Shown here in pieces: positions 63,989-64,000 of a stretch of DNA of 64,000 bases. Location of the stretch: positions 146,259 through 210,258 of the forward strand of contig JAFUSN010000004.1 in assembly GCA_017467625.1 (NCBI GenBank). The letters run 5' to 3'. Each line of letters starts with the position of its first letter. Positions within the stretch are counted from its first letter, which is position 1. The translations under genes were made by a program, and so were the position numbers. The stretch comes from Clostridia bacterium. Lineage in GTDB: Bacteria > Bacillota > Clostridia > Christensenellales > UBA1242. The notes beneath the pieces were generated by a model, which ran no database searches, was not told the DNA's origin, and saw only the letters and a program-made list of their open reading frames with translations.

Positions 63989-64000
63989 TTTTTAAAATTT

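Noticed and set aside
1-64000. CRISPR array, cas genes, rRNA operons, transposases or integrases
   Set aside because: I scanned for regularly spaced direct repeats and for recognisable Cas, transposase or integrase motifs in all listed ORFs and found none. The only tandem repeats are the coding repeats at 6.4-6.8 kb.

Overview
The window is a visibly AT-rich chromosomal segment that looks like a low-GC Bacillota anaerobe. Supporting genes are sigH, mrnC-rlmB, a cwlD-like amidase, nrdDG, rubrerythrin and desulfoferrodoxin. Both TAA and TGA act as stops, so the standard bacterial code applies. Most of the window is housekeeping: comEB, nucleoside hydrolase, idi, an NMN adenylyltransferase-nadE-cutA group, gltX, dnaX-ybaB-recR, pgi-glcK, an ABC-F ATPase, degV, tex, pnuC, dtd and nrdDG. 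These are interleaved with a mosaic cell-envelope glycopolymer locus at about 7.5-27.3 kb. That locus carries GT2 and GT4 transferases, a TagGH-like exporter, a priming sugar transferase, a Wzy-like polymerase, a pyruvyl transferase and a 1003-aa GT2-HAD fusion. There are three tRNAs: CAT and Glu-TTC at 14.1 kb, and Thr-GGT at 57.2 kb. I saw no rRNA and no CRISPR array. Four accessory patches stand out. (1) A minus-strand two-gene operon (33758-36405) sits next to dnaX-ybaB-recR. It encodes a 599-aa protein with two HEPN-type Rx4H motifs, translationally coupled to a membrane-tethered transglutaminase-like Cys-His-Asp protein. This is my best candidate for an undescribed defence or toxin system. 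(2) A tRNA-Thr-associated island (about 55.6-59.7 kb) holds a decayed MuF-type polymorphic-toxin/immunity cassette with in-frame TAA stops, a degenerate copy of the tRNA 3' half, and two tandem paralogous small-ORF/zeta-toxin modules. (3) An orphan phage tail-fibre-like gene with in-frame tandem repeats lies at 5987-7504. (4) dnaX is split, and its C-terminal domain is readable only in the +1 frame. All functional calls rest on motifs read by eye from the translations. No database search or computation was possible.
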